Shown: positions 13,240-27,189 of the stretch, in pieces | Numbering within the stretch: position 1 is the first letter of the stretch | Layout of the letters: each line of letters starts with the position of its first letter | DNA from: Leucoraja erinacea | Lineage: Eukaryota | Length of the DNA: 64,000 nt | Assembly (NCBI RefSeq): GCF_028641065.1 | Contig: NC_073390.1 | Span: 28,582,001 to 28,646,000 of the forward strand | Direction of reading: 5' to 3' | Made by a program: the position numbers and the translations under genes | The notes under the pieces: model-generated | Told to the model about the DNA's origin: nothing | The model's input: the letters and a program-made list of their open reading frames with translations, nothing else | Databases searched by the model: none

Positions 13240-15112
13240 TTTTATTTATTTATTTATTTTAAAATATTTTTATTAGAAGCAATGTACAATAATATAAAAC
13301 ATGAATAGCATAATACATTTTATGTACAACTTCCTGTTTTAAATTTAGTAGTAAAAAAAAAGTAACAAAAGCAAGAAAAAGAGAGAAAGAGAATATTAAA
13401 TAAAGTACAGGTGCACAACCTTTTATCCGGTGTTCCAGAAACCGAAAAGCTCCGAAAACCGGCCATTTTTTCCAGATGTCGTCTGCGCACCAAAGCTCGC
13501 GTTTGGCGCCAAACCTGACCCAAAACGACCCACGGTCAACCCAGGTCTGTACTACTGTAGCGGCTGCCTCCTCCCTGGAGACCGGGAGACGCTTAAACAT
13601 CTGTAAATCATTGCTTAAATGTTAGTCAGTTAGTTTGGAGGGCTTTTATGTGAAGGGGGGTGAAGGGGTAAACTTTAATTCTTAGCCCTCTACCTGGTCG
13701 GAGAGGCGGGGAGCGGTCAATGCCTTACCGGGTCGCCGTGCAGTAAGCTCCGCAGCGCTGTGGCTGGTGGGGCAGCGGGTGGCGCCGGTTGTAGCTCCGA
13801 CCCCGGCAACTCTACCCCTGGCTGCGAGGCGCTCCAAATCCAGCGCGGCCCGCGGCCGGACGCCCCAGCTCCGCGAATGTCGGGAGTCGGCGGCGTCGCA
13901 GCACTGGGATACCAGCGGGGTGCGGGCAATGCCTTACCGGGTCGCCGTGCGGCAAGCTCCGGAGCGCTGTGGCCGCCGACACACAACATCGCGGAGCGTC
14001 GCTGGATTTGGAGCCGCGCAGCCAGGGGTAGAGTTGCCGGGGTCGGAGCTCCAACCGGCGCCGCCCGCGGCCGGACGGAGCCCCCAGCTCCGCGGCTCCA
14101 AATCCAGCGACGCTCCGCGAATGTTGGAAGAAGGCGGCCACAGCGCTTCGGAGCTTGCCGCACGGCGACCCGGTAAGGCATTGCTCGCTCCCCGCTGGTA
14201 TCCCAGCGCTGCGACGCCGCCGACTCCCGACATTCTCGGAGCTGGGACGTCCGGCCGCGGGCCGCGCTGGATTTGGAGCGCCTCGCAGCCAGGGGTAGAG
14301 TTGCCGGGATCGGAGCTACAACCGGCGCCGCCCGCGGCCGGACGGAGCCCCCAGCTCCGCGAGGTTGGGAGTCGCCGACCAGGTAGGTAGTGGACTAAGA
14401 ATTAAAGTTTCCCCCTTCACCCCTACACCACCACCACCACATAAAATCCCTCCAAACTAACTGACTAACATTTATGCAATGATTCTCCCGGTCTCCGGGG
14501 AGGAGGCAGCTGCTCCAGACTTTTCAAGCCGCCCGCGCTACCTACCTAATATACGCTAAAAATCTTCCATTCTGAAATCCGAAAATGTCCGAAATCCGAC
14601 AAGTGTCTGGTCCCAAGGCTTTCGGATAAAAGGTTGTGCACCTGTAGTGATATAAAGCCCGAGAGAGAAAACAAAAGGGAGAGATGAAACAAAAAAAAAA
14701 GAAAAAAGGATAGAGAAGAGAAAAGAAAGAAAAATTAAAAGGGATATACCTGCTTCGTATTTTTACCCACCCCTCACCCGGTTCTGAAACAGTTAATTTC
14801 TAAGGTTGTGTTGCACCATATGCTTGTAATAAGTCGATAAAGGGAGACCAAATCTTTAAGAATTGGTCTGATTTGCCTGATAGGACGAATCGAATTGCAT
14901 ATCTTCGAGATGTGACATTTCAGACATATTTGAAATCCACATTTTGAGCATTGGTGTGGGTGCATTTTTCCAGAATTTAAGTATAAGTTTTTTTGCCATT
15001 ATTAAGCCATAATTAAGGAGACACTTTTGGAACAAAGTCAGCTTACAGCCGTCTTCTATTGATCCGAAAATAATCGGTTCTGTATTGGGGTTCAATTTTA
15101 TGATTTGTTCCA
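13240..15112 (-). mobile_element. L1/Tx1-type LINE 3' fragment, interrupted by a MITE
   Basis: (TTTA)n tail at 13240-13260. ORF2 C-terminal remnant LLNYGLIMAKKLILKFWKNAPTPMLKMW at 14856-15113. Confidence 0.8.
13408..14644. mobile_element. Non-autonomous TcMar/Tigger-like DNA transposon with fold-back interior
   Basis: Perfect 22-bp TIRs CAGGTGCACAACCTTTTATCCG / CGGATAAAAGGTTGTGCACCTG; TA on both sides (13406-7, 14645-6); no transposase; nested internal inverted repeats. Confidence 0.92.
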
Positions 15113-15212
15113 AGTTAAAATGGGCAATGGGCCCATATTTGCATAGTGAGTAATAGTGAGCTGAATGAAATCTTTGTTATCTTTATAGTAATGGAGTTAA
15201 ATCTATGTTTAG

Positions 15213-15365
<153 letters not shown>

Positions 15366-15599
15366 TAAGAAGGATGGAAGAAGAGTGATTGGGGGTATTG
15401 GTTTATTATTGTTACGTCTACTGAGATACAGTGAAAAAACTTTATTTCCGTGCTATCCAGTCAAATCGTACTATGCAAGAGTGCAATCACGCCAAACACA
15501 AGTACAACAACCATAGAAAAGTCCGACATAAGTTTCAGTTTCAGTAGTTTTCATGCTACAACCTGGATGCATTAATTGTGAAAAGAAACTAACTTTAAC

Positions 15600-15830
15600 T
15601 TTCAGAAAATCAGGGAAACCTCAGCAGGTCTGACCGCACCCGTGGAAAAAGAAAATAAATTAATGTTTCGGACTGCAGTTCCTTCATCAGAATAGATGAA
15701 AATGTTTTGTCGTGGGCTTCAGCCTGAAGCATAAACTCTGTTTCTCTCTGCATTGATGCTGGCAGACCTACTGAGTGTTTCCACCAATTTCTATTTTTAT
15801 TTCAGATGTTCGGCATCTGCAATTTTTTTT
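15600..15830. repeat. Inverted pair of Penelope-tail-derived repeats containing a hammerhead-like core on the - strand
   Basis: CTCAGCAGGTC..GCACCCGTGG on the left mirrors GATGCTGGCAGACCTACTGAG on the right. The - strand reads CTGATGA-A-GGA..TCC-GAAAC-ATT at ~15660-15692. Confidence 0.6.
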
Positions 15831-16053
15831 TTTTTTTTCAGTTCACTTTCTCACATTTTTCCATAATCTTTTCTTGATATGTTATTTCATAGTTTGTGAA
15901 GCTTGCCCTAAATAAATCCAGTTGCGGAGAAAGTGTAAGGAGGAAAGTAGCTTATTTTTCTGTAATAATTATTTCCTACCCTTGATCTGGTGATTGTAAC
16001 TTATGTTGTAGGTTTTAGCTGGTACCAAGACATGGATGTGTCTCTGATGTTAG

Positions 16054-16197
<144 letters not shown>

Positions 16198-16309
16198 TAA
16201 GGCTATTTCTGAAAATGTTTGAAGAGATTGGAGTCTAACGAGATGTCAGCTGTACAAATCCAGGTTTTCCCAGGTAGAGAGGTTGGGGTTAGAGTCATAT
16301 GGTTATAAG

Positions 16310-16943
16310 GGACTAGTCAGGATCGAGGGAAAGATGAACGGAGCAAAGTACAGAGAGATCCTTGATGAATACCTGCTCCAGAGCGTTCTGGACCTCAGAC
16401 TGGGGCGGAGGTTCGCCTTCCAACAGGACAACGACTCTTAGCACACAGCCAAGACAACGCAGGAGTGGCTTTGTGACAAGTCTGTGAATGTGCTTGAGTG
16501 GCCCAGCCAGAGCCCGGACTTGAACCCGATCAAACATCTCTGGAGGGACCTGAAAATAGCTGTGCATCGACGTTCCCCATCCCACCTGACAGAGCTTAAG
16601 AGGATCTGCGGAGAAGAATGGGAGAAATTACACAAATACAGGTGTGCTAAGCTTGTAGCATCATACCCAAGAAGATTTGAGGCTGTAATCGCTGCCAAAG
16701 GTGCCCCAACAAAGTACTGAGTAAAGGGTCTGAATACTTATGTAAATGTGATATTTCAGCTATTTATTTTTAATTACTTAGAAAAAATTTCTAAACACCT
16801 GTTTTTTCTTTTATATTATGGGGATATTGTGTGTAGATTGATGATAATTTAAAAAAAAAGAATTTAATCCATTTTAGAATAAGGCTGTAACATAACAAAA
16901 TGTGGAAAAATTGAAGGGGTCTAAATACTTTCTGAATGCACTG
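16310..16943 (+). mobile_element. Second Tc1-family element, 3' half only (different family from 1-1631)
   Basis: FQQDND and EWPSQSPDLNPIK..KY* motifs. Right TIR ends ATACTTTCTGAATGCACTG, followed by TA (16944-5). Confidence 0.92.
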
Positions 16944-18589
16944 TACCAGTCTAAATATCATCACTAAATTTCAAATGTAATTATTGTACCCACCACTTAC
17001 ATATCCTCTGGTAAGCACATTCCAAATATCCACCATCCTCTGTGGAAAGGTTGCCATTAGTGTCCCTCTTCAATCTTTCCCCCTCATGTTAAACCTAATC
17101 TTTCCAATTTTAGACTCCCTACCCTGGGGAAAAGAGCTTGGCTATTCACCTTATCTATGCCCCATAATTGTATAGACTCTATAAGGTCACGCCTTAACCT
17201 CCTAACCTTCAGGGAAAATAAGTCTTAGTCTAGCCTCTTCTCTCGGGAAGGAATCACTAATTCTTGAGAGGGGAAGCCAAAAATAGTTTTGTTTTTGTTA
17301 TGTGAATTGACCTGAACTATCACCTGTTTTTCTGTCATGTGAAATGATTTAACCTATTCAGCATTTTCTGTAATTATCTCAGTTTCCACCAAGTACTGTG
17401 CTTTCCTAAGTTTGCTCACTCAATGCGGTTGGATCATTACACAAAAGCAGTTGTAAGAGGCAAAGCACTATATGATATAAGCACATACGGTATCTGCATT
17501 TGATTGTCTCTCACTACCATGAACCAATGTGCTGCTGATGTATGTGGGACTTTTGTTAATTTTCAGGGATACGATAGTTTTTTAATGGGCTATTTCCTTT
17601 GGGTTACCAAACTGTCAGATTTTATACATTGCAAGCTGTATAAATGACCTCAGAAATGAAATCTGAGGTGGTATAATGCTGTTCAAGCAATTCCAACTCC
17701 CTGTCTCGGAAGCATTGAAGAGTCACGTAACAGGACTCTGATACACCTAATTCAGCATTAAAGAAAGGACTCATTTATATAGTGCAGCTCACAATTTGAG
17801 GACATGCTAAAGCACCAAGCTAAAGTGATTCATTTGAGTGTTGATACATATAAAGCAAGTAACTGATCCAAAAAAACAACAGAGATAAATGTCCAGATAG
17901 TTGGTGTTGCATGAAAGAGTAAAAACCCTGTAATTTTAATATTACCATGGCAATCATTACCATGGACTCAAAGTCAGATGGTGCGTTATTTTAATGAGTC
18001 ATCTTAATAAAAAGCATCTGTAGGACAATACTGTATTACTGCTACACTTCAGCCTGAGAGAATTTGAGGTGAGAATGCCATCGCAGAACCAGAGCGAATG
18101 CTTTGGGAACTAGAGAGAAGCAAGTGTAGGGTAGGTTAACTGAGGGATTACAATGGGAATAATAAGATATTCTATTAAGCATTTCTAATAAAGTGCATTG
18201 GGTTAATTTTGTAATATTAAAGAAGCTATATGCAGTAAGTAGGTGTCAGCTAAAAACCTTCAGACATTTTGTGCTAGTGATGCAGAAACTGAAGCAAGAG
18301 TCACCAACACTGAGAGTAACACGGCAATGGTCTGGGGAGACTGAGTCTGCCATGAGTCGGTGAGCTGGAACATGTCCAAGGCCACTTCATTCAACTTGAT
18401 GAGTATACCTCTATTGACAATGATTTCAATTAAAAAATACATTGACAACTACGTTCCAATGAGGACAGTTATAGTAGGGTCTATATGCTCAGCTCTTGAC
18501 TGAACCTCCAGAGGACAGAGAAAACAGCTCAGTCCGTCGCAGGCTCATCACTTTCTCCTTCATGTTCACAGTGTGTTACATCAGGAATT

Positions 18590-18980
18590 CATAAGGAAGT
18601 ACTGCTCGAATTCTGCCACCTTGGCCATTTCTTTTTCTCCCTGCTATTGTCTGGGAGAAGATACATGAACTTGGAAGCCCTGACCTCTGGACTTAAGAAT
18701 AGTTTCTTCCCCACTGCTATCTGACTCCCGAACCAATCCCCTATTTTACATGCTTTTCCCAGGGATGCTGTCACATAATTTCACTCGTAACCTTATCTCG
18801 TTCTGTTATTGTACTTGAGCTTTTTTTTTGCACTACTTCAGAATGTATTACAATCTTTGTATCATTTCACTGTTTTGTATTTGTCGTATTTGTTGTTGTG
18901 ACTATTATGTATTCTGTGTACTCTCATGAGCTTCATAAGAACAAGGAATTTCATTGGTGTATGTGACTAATCTGAATTGT
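18590..18980 (+). mobile_element. Rex1/Babar-like LINE 3' fragment
   Basis: Remnant FSLLLSGRRY..LKNSFFP reading, followed by the family's 3' UTR (CAAGGAATTTCATTG..ATGTGAC). Confidence 0.65.
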
Positions 18981-19854
18981 ATACCCTTTGGCTAAACTCT
19001 TAACTGCACATTGGTGACCTGCCATTCATCTTTTCAAGCCTTAACTTGGAATAGATGAATATCATGTTGGAACAGGATAGGTTACTTGGTAATGAATGTA
19101 GATTCTAACTTGCAAGTAAAATGATGGGCGTTATGAACTGGCTTGGACCTTTTATATACTCTTGTCATAGAACAGGAGGAGTCCATTTGGCCCACGTGTC
19201 TGTGCTGGCCTTTGGGAGAGGCATCATGTCTGTTCCAGTTGCGCACTATTGCAGAATGTCGATTTTCGTGCTGATTCACTGGCTGCATTGTGAGAGCACT
19301 TTGAAAAGACACCTTTATCTTGGCTAGTGGTCGGTGATAGCTCTCTGCAATGGAAAGGTTTTAAGGGCCTCCAGATGCAAATGTGGAGAAGAAGCCGACC
19401 CCAGGAACTCATGATTGGTGGTTCAATAACTGGACAGTAGTGCTGATTGTCTCTCTTCTGTTGAGTTAGTACATGTTGGGCATTCCAGTTGGCTTTCTGC
19501 CTTATACCTCAACCTCAGAAAAGGAAAGAATGAAAAGTACAAGAAAAATATTTATCAAAAATTGCTGCTCATGTGTGGGTTTGTAAAGCTATAACTGAGC
19601 ACTTTTAAAATAATGGGATTGATGTGAAAGGTGGCATAGAATTAGAGAAGCCACTTGACGCACTTCATTTATATTTCAGTGGGCTTCCAGTGAGTAGCTA
19701 GTGCACAAAGTGTGGATTTGGTTTTCTCATGGGACTGGGATTAATTTGGGCATCGTTATGACTAAAAACCTGACCAATGTCCCACTTTGGGACAACAGAT
19801 GCATTTGTGGCTGGCACCAGCACCTGATCGTTAGTCTGTACAACAAAAAACTAA

Positions 19855-20010
<156 letters not shown>

Positions 20011-21708
20011 CAATAAGCAGCATGACCAATCGCGGGACTCCAGCTACCACCTCATCGGAGGTGATGCCTCCTCTTCCTGGTCTAGTTACTTTTACTACTG
20101 CACTATTTTATGATGCTAGCTTCTGTTGCCAAGCACGCCTTCGGTTAGCCCTACCTCAGACAGACTTGGCAACGGAACGCCGCAATGAAACAGTAGAATA
20201 TTGTTTGGGGAAGGGAGGGATTTCTAACAAATCTTGTTTCTGTTTCTATACTTGTTTACCTACGTTTGCCTTACTTTGGTAACTTGCAGGACTACATGTA
20301 TGAGCTGCAGGTTTTTTAGTACTGAAACCATTGACATGTGTAGGGTACTCAGTGTCTTCACCAGTGGACAATGTATCCAATGGGTTGTTATTTGCAGTCT
20401 TGCCCCCCCCTAAACCAAAAGGTCACTGGTTTGCGGTTTTCATTTAGTGAATCGTGGGATGTGATTCCCCCAAAACGCTGCTCAAAGTGGGGAGAAAATT
20501 CAAAATCCTGTGTAATATAAATGGAGTTTGACTATATTCGTCCAGCACAAACCAATGGTCGGTAAAAGGTGCAGTTGAAAGTGCGGTCGGGATTTGAAAT
20601 GTTTTCATATGTTACTGCCCTGTCTCCCATGACATAAGTAAGTATTAACTTGAAGTAAATAACGGGACTTCTTACGGGCACCTGTGCGTAATTGCCAAGT
20701 GGTATGCGATTATGTGTGCGTGCCTACAGGTGAAGCAGAAACCAAGTGTGGAAGCTGGATTTCTTTGCACATTATACAAGATTTCAGCACAGTCCCAGTT
20801 CCAGCAGTCACTCTGGCAATAATCTGGTCACCTTTTAATCAACAGTGTTTGAGGGGTAGTAAATCTAGTTTTTTTTTTTTGTTGGCCTCATTTACCACTT
20901 TATCTATGGCCCAAGCATACACATTTTGTGAATGAAAACCCTTTGATAAAGTGAATTGTATTTACTCTGTGTCTTTTTGTCTGTGTACAACATTACCTGC
21001 CTGTTCTGTGCAGCCCTGCTCTTGTGCAATGATCCTCTGCTCTTGTGGTAGAACCTTTCTCCTGGTAAATGGAGCACCAAATGCTAAGGTTGAAAGTTAG
21101 CGGTGAGAAATCGGGACTCTTTCATATTCAAACAGGAGCAACAGAATGATGAGTAGATCCTAGGTTTGAATCCCATCTGGTGCAGAGTGATGTGACCCTA
21201 TTTGATGTCCTGCCAGAGTTTCTGGCTCTTCCTGAGAAGATTGAGAATTCCATGCTCTTTGTTGATCACTGTCCCGTGACCCGTGCTGCAAAATGTACTG
21301 TGCATCTGGACAGATAAGAGACAGGTTAAGTGTTGATCCCCTCTCACCTCATGTAGATAGAATTGAAGATTGTCACCTATTTTCATCATTACCTTCATTA
21401 AGTTAAAATATTTGATAACAATTCTGAGTATTATTTCAATTACTGTGTTCCATTCATGCTTTACAAATACTTGCATTGCAATTGGCTATATTGTCATCTT
21501 AGTTTTGCATCAAAATAGGTATTTTATCAGACATAGATACAACCAAAACTATTGTTTTTAACTTACTCATTCTAAGCCCTTAAAGAAAATAAGATAATTG
21601 ATTACAAAACCACAAAACTGCCCAAGGCTGCATAGCAACAGGTCATGACCAACCGAGCCATCTTTGGTTCAGTTAAAGGATTCCTTCACTCCCAAACAAT
21701 CAATCATT

Positions 21709-21836
21709 CGTCTTCTTGCGTATGGCGTGCACAGCCTAAAGTTGTAGGACAACTTGTTCTATGTGATCTTATTTGATTGTGCACACCGGGTTGATTGCAT
21801 TTGTCAAAACAGGTGAAAGTTGCAATCTCCCACCCC
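21709..21836 (-). mobile_element. 128-bp non-autonomous retroposon with GAA-type tail and structured (HDV-ribozyme-like) 5' end
   Basis: 11-bp TSD AATCAATCATT (21698-21708 and 21837-21847). The - strand begins GGGGTGGGAGATTGCA and ends GCCATACGCAAGAAG. No tRNA A/B boxes. Confidence 0.8.
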
Positions 21837-23025
21837 AATCAATCATTGGAGAGACCAGAGACTGAATCATTAGTTTTCCTCAATGGCAAAAGTTAACAAA
21901 TCCATGCTTGAACTGGCTGACACTCTTAGCACACGGGTAAGCATAAGGGCTAAAGAAATGCCCATGGTTTGTGGTTTTGCACAGACCCGGTGGGAATTTG
22001 ATTCCACCACACCATCGCAGGTAGAAAGCTGGGGGTGACTAAGTTGGATCCTGACAAGCCATGTTGCTAGCAGTATCATTATCCACCAATCTGACAATTT
22101 GTGTCTGTGAGAGAGAGGCTAAAGGAGTAAAAGATAAAATATGATGTATCATTAACTGATACTATTGATGAAAATGATATTTCCAAAACAAAACAATGCT
22201 GTGGAGAAGTGAGGGATATACGAACCTGCTCAGAGCTGTTCTGTTATTCAATTAGATCGTAACTGATCGAATGAACTTCTCCACCTACCTTGCTTTTATA
22301 ATCATTTATGCCCTTGTCTTATGAAAAATATATAAATAGTTGATTTTGAAACTTGCAGCTGATGCTTAATGTTGATTTTTATTTTTTGAGGGGAGAGATG
22401 TTTTCCATTGTTTCTTGTGAGGTGGTTCCTTCCATCACTCCTGAATGGCCAAGGGCGATGTCCTCTTGTGAAAGATAGTCTCGTAGGAATCAGAAAATAA
22501 TCACAAGGTCATGCGGTGCCTGTGGAAAGAGAAACAGTTAATGTTTAGGAAATGGAAAACAAGTTTGTTTTAATTTGCAGAGAATGAAGGAAGAATGGGC
22601 AGGAAGATGGGTATATCTGTGATTAGGTGAGATCAGTGATGACGTGTAGATAAGTTGTGATTGACAATATGGCGATGTTTAATAGGGGCAGTTAGGGGGT
22701 GAAACTATGAGCAAAGCGCATGAATGTTATGAATGGATTTTGGTTATAGAGGACAGACCTACCAACATACCGCCAGGCCAGGCTGCTGACGCCACCCCGG
22801 CTGCTTCTAGACCAGGCTGCTGACACCACAACTGGCCGACATTGCTTTCCAGGCCAGAACTACTGCCGCCATTGCTGGCCCACACAGTTTCCCCGGCCGC
22901 TTCCAGGCCATGCTTGCCACCACCACTGCCAACCATTTCCTGCTCTCCAGCTGCCAGCAGGCTGGGCTGTCAACTCACCTAGACTCCAGCCCCAGTTCCA
23001 GACTGAGAGTCTGAAGAAGGGTCTG

Positions 23026-23778
23026 TGTAAATCGCTCATTCTAAGCTCCCCCCCAGTCTAGATTCAGTCAATAAAAAACTGAAACAAGCACTTGCACAAT
23101 TAAACTTTATTTTGAATAACACAATAACAATTCCCTCTATTATACCAAACCACCGCAGGTTCGATCCTTGTATCTGCTTGGCCAAGCCCTTGCAAGCAGA
23201 GACACTCCAAAAGGTCACTCAGTAAAGCGTTCTTCCAGAAGATCGACATCAGACCTCATGGGAGCTACCTTTTATAGGTCCCCGAACCTTGAGGGGCTGA
23301 ACTACATGGGGGTGGTCTCTTTATAAACCAATTAAATATATTAATAAGAACAATACATAATTGACAGTTCCTTAACCCAATAATACAATCTTGAATACAT
23401 TGTATTTGAAAGAAGCTTCTAGAAGGAAGCAAACAAGAATGAACACTGAAACATGTGCCCTAGGATTCAAACAGTTTCTCCAAGGCTCAACAGTTCGATC
23501 AATCATCAAGTAACAGGATGACCATCTCGCAACATTATTTATACTATTTACAATGCCCTTGCAGCGATCCAATCAAAATTATGCATTTAAGGTTTGTTTG
23601 CAAAACTGCTATACATTTTATCAATTTAGGAGAAACAAGGAGAACACCTGGATCCCTCACCGTCCTGCATACCAGTCTGAGCCTAGACTGGCTAGCACCA
23701 TCCATAGCCTGTAAATTTCAGCTGACAAATTCAGGGATCCTCCATTTTATGGTGTCTTTAATTTGGCCAGTATTAACA
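23026..23778 (-). repeat. ERV 3' LTR
   Basis: TGTAA..TAACA. On the - strand: TATAAAA (~23269-76) and AATAAA (23106-11). Adjacent PPT AAAAAGAAGGAA at 23779-23790. Confidence 0.93.
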
Positions 23779-23999
23779 TTCCTTCTTTTTATCATATATG
23801 ATAAACCATCATTTATGATAACTAAATAACCAGATATACATATGTGTGACTATTACATTCTCCGTCTATTAACAACAACAAGATGATGTTTCTTCCAGAA
23901 TCTTATCAAGTTTCCCAAGTTTTTGTGGGCGTAGCTTCTAAATTTCTGTCTAATCAGTCTTCACCTCTCTCGTTTTCGTGGGCGTAAATTCCCTCCATC

Positions 24000-26900
24000 C
24001 GTGTTGTTGATCCTTCTATCCCTTTCCATAGTTGAACCTATAGCCTATAATTCCTGCAAAACTTGTGACAAAGCAAGTTACCATTCATGCACTAATGCTT
24101 TCCACTTTTCTATTCTGTCAGTCACAAACCCTTTTATTTCACTATCACTATTATGCTCCAGAATATACTCTTTACTATCCTAGGATCAACACTAATCAGC
24201 CCTCTCCATAATCACACGATGTTCTTTAATGTATATCTGATGATGGTTTCTCATATAAATTTTAGCTGGGTTCAGTCCAGATTTCCCTACAGGCGTGACT
24301 CTTATTTAAAGCAAACCATGATGAATGTTTCAATTCAACCAAATTCAGTCTCAGCCTTCAATTTATTATTTTGAGTATCACCAATTCCACAGCTTGTGGT
24401 CGATAACACAATTCCATCCAATTCCTTTGGAATTCCCAGCTGTTCAAATTTAATCAATCAAGTTCCATATGTTGTCAATTTCATTATAAAGCCAATTAAG
24501 AATGACAAATCTAGGGACAATTTCTTTATACCTTGATAATAGAAGCCACTTTACTATCAAGGGTTAAACAAATTTAGATCCACCAGTCAAATACATCGAC
24601 TCTGATACCAATACTCATTCCTTTAGTACTTCTAATTCAATAGACTTCTCTTCCAGTATTCCGTCCTTAATATTTTGAATAGGCTCTCGGTCAATAGGGG
24701 CTCTTCCTTATATCTAGTTTCCTTTTACCACTGAGTAACTCTTTCTGGATGGTTCAAGTTCAAGTGAGTTTATTGTCATGTGTCCCTGTATAGGACAATG
24801 AAACTCTTGCTTTGCTTCAGCACACAGAACATAGTAGGCATTTACTACAAAACAGATAAGTGTGTCCATATACCATGATATAAATATATACACACATGAA
24901 TAAATAAACTGATAAAGTGCAAATAACAGAAAATAGTTATTAATAATCAGAGTTTTGTCCGAGCCAGGTTTAATAGCCTGATGGGGGAAGTAGCTATTCC
25001 TGAACCTGGTTGTTGCAGTCTTCAGGCTCCTGTACCTTCTACTTGAACGTAGCAGGGAGATGAGTGTGTGGCTAGGATGGTGTGGGTCTTTGATGATACT
25101 GCCAGCCTTTTTAAGGCAGCGACTGCGATAAATCCCCTCGATGGGAGGAAGTTAGTATTGACCTTCCGAGGGGAACCCATTATCTAAATGTTCAGTCTAC
25201 CTCATCACCACCACCTTGTGTTCCCAGGGTATGTCTTAACTTCTGATTTCTGTTAGGGTCTGTCCCTTTCTTGATAGCCACTAAATAGTCTTGTCCCATC
25301 TTTGATTATCCTCCTATGGGTGAGAATTCCAAGTCAACAATCAATTCTCTAATTATTTTAAGTATATCCCATAAGCTCTTTTCAATTCAAATTATTTTAA
25401 TAACTAAATTTAGGAGCAGAGTAAGTATCTTTCCCCGAACCACATAGGAGTACTATTTTCAAATTTCTAAATTCAATTTTCACTTGTGTGATCTTCAATT
25501 TTTACTATGATAATGCATCCAATTCTTTTATTCTGGTAAACTACTTGAGGGGGTTCTAGAGTAGGGGTCATATTTCCACGTGCACAATTCCTGGACAAGT
25601 TGGTAAGTTGGTTTGAGTAAACGGTGTGTGACTTCTTGATTCCTGACATTCGGGCCAGCTCTCTCTCTGTTCTCTCAGGTCCCAGTAGTCTCTTGAATTG
25701 AAGGACCTCCTATAATTCCTAGGATTTTGGATATTTCTATATTCTCTAGGACCCCTAATTTCTTCATGATCCTGGAAATTCTTTACCACTCTCTCACTCG
25801 CTCTCTTGTCGGACAGGCTCGACTCCAGTGTCCCATTCCCCACAAGTATAACATTGATTAGGTAATGTGGTTGAATTTCATTTGCCCCTTGGTTCCATTG
25901 GAATGGGTTCTAAATTGGGAGTATAATTGCAATGTTAGAGTAGTCTGGGACTCTAATTTCTCCCATTCCATTCTTAGCTAACATTTGAGGACTCCATGGT
26001 CCTGAGCCAGAGCTTGGTTCCTCCTTCTTGACCATACGTTCAGTTTCTCTTCTAGTTACAGGATAATGTTCCTGTTTCCTACCATCCTTCCAATAGTTCT
26101 GGCCATTCTCACAGCTCTGGCCATTTGACTGGCGCAGTTCTCAGACCAGTCCCTGTTACCAGTCTTAATTTAGTTAGCTACTGTAGTGGGGCGACAATTC
26201 AATAAGATGGCACACTACTGTGGGGAACTTGCTCCATTCTGATAGTTTAAGGTCACCTGATTGGTCCATATATAATTTTGAAAATCATTCTAGAAATTCA
26301 TCAGGCCCTTCACCCTTTTCTGGTTTTATCTCCAGAATTCATGTTAAATCACTTATCTTTTGAAACGTGTTTGCGACGGCCATTAAAATAGCCTCTTCTC
26401 TTGCACTATCTTCCACTATTATGTTTGCCAGGGCTTCATATGTTGGATTTCCTAGGGCTACTAGAAATTTGGTGTTTTCAGCTGGAGTAATTATTTGTTG
26501 TATGGTCTCCCTTAGGTCTCGGGAATCTGCATGATATACACGCATTGTGGTTCTTAAATAATCTATAAAGGCAGCAGGTGACTTTTTCCTATCAGGGATT
26601 TTGTTGAGTACTGCTATTATTTAATGGGGCTTCCACGGAGTATGGACATCTGTGGCACGAGGATTGCTTATGCTTACAGCGCTGGTCGAATCAAAGGCTA
26701 TACTCAGCACTTCCCTAACTGGGAACTGTCTGTGGGCTATCTGTTCAATTTGTAAACTTTCGGTTACATCAAAATCTATCTCGGTATCTTCAATTATTGT
26801 CTCACCCTCAGATGAATCTTCCCGTTCGCTAGGGGGTGCCCGATACTGTCCAAAAAAGTTGTTCCTCTTTCTCACTGCTCGTATAATCCCAACTCGCCAT

Positions 26901-27189
26901 CCTCTTAACTTCTTTATTCGCCTTCAATTCATCATAATATTTTCTCCATTATCCTATTAATTCCTTTGCACGTTTGTTATTACTATGCTGCCAAATAATT
27001 AGTTCTATGTATTTTATCCCTTTTTACTGTTCTAACGGCCCCCGGTGGCCATAGTTTGGTTCCTAATTTCTTATTTAGCGCTCCTGACAAATCTCTTAAT
27101 TTCTCTTCCTTGTGAGGGAACTCATTGTACATTATTTGCAATGGGCTCCTTGCATCTTCTATCATATCTCGGTCTATACTGTTCCCCAT
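24000..27189 (-). pseudogene. ERV gag (and probable protease) pseudogene
   Basis: MGNS myristoylation-type start at 27189; matrix-like WPPG; capsid start PWKP; MHR-like KPEKGEGPDEFLE (~26290-26330); CYTCGExGHWSRAC zinc knuckle with a 1-nt deletion (25813-25853). A weak DTG-like remnant lies near 24580-24600. Many stops and frameshifts. Confidence 0.82.
24752..25152 (-). mobile_element. Rex1/Babar LINE 3' fragment nested in the ERV
   Basis: - strand YRSRCLKKAGSIIKDPHHP..RRYRSLK..RFRNSYF, then ATGACAATAAACTCACTTGAACTTGAAC tail. Confidence 0.85.

Noticed and set aside
13717-14390. Overlapping GC-rich ORFs of 99-207 aa on both strands
   Set aside because: By-product of the palindromic, stop-poor MITE interior; the same peptide appears on both strands.
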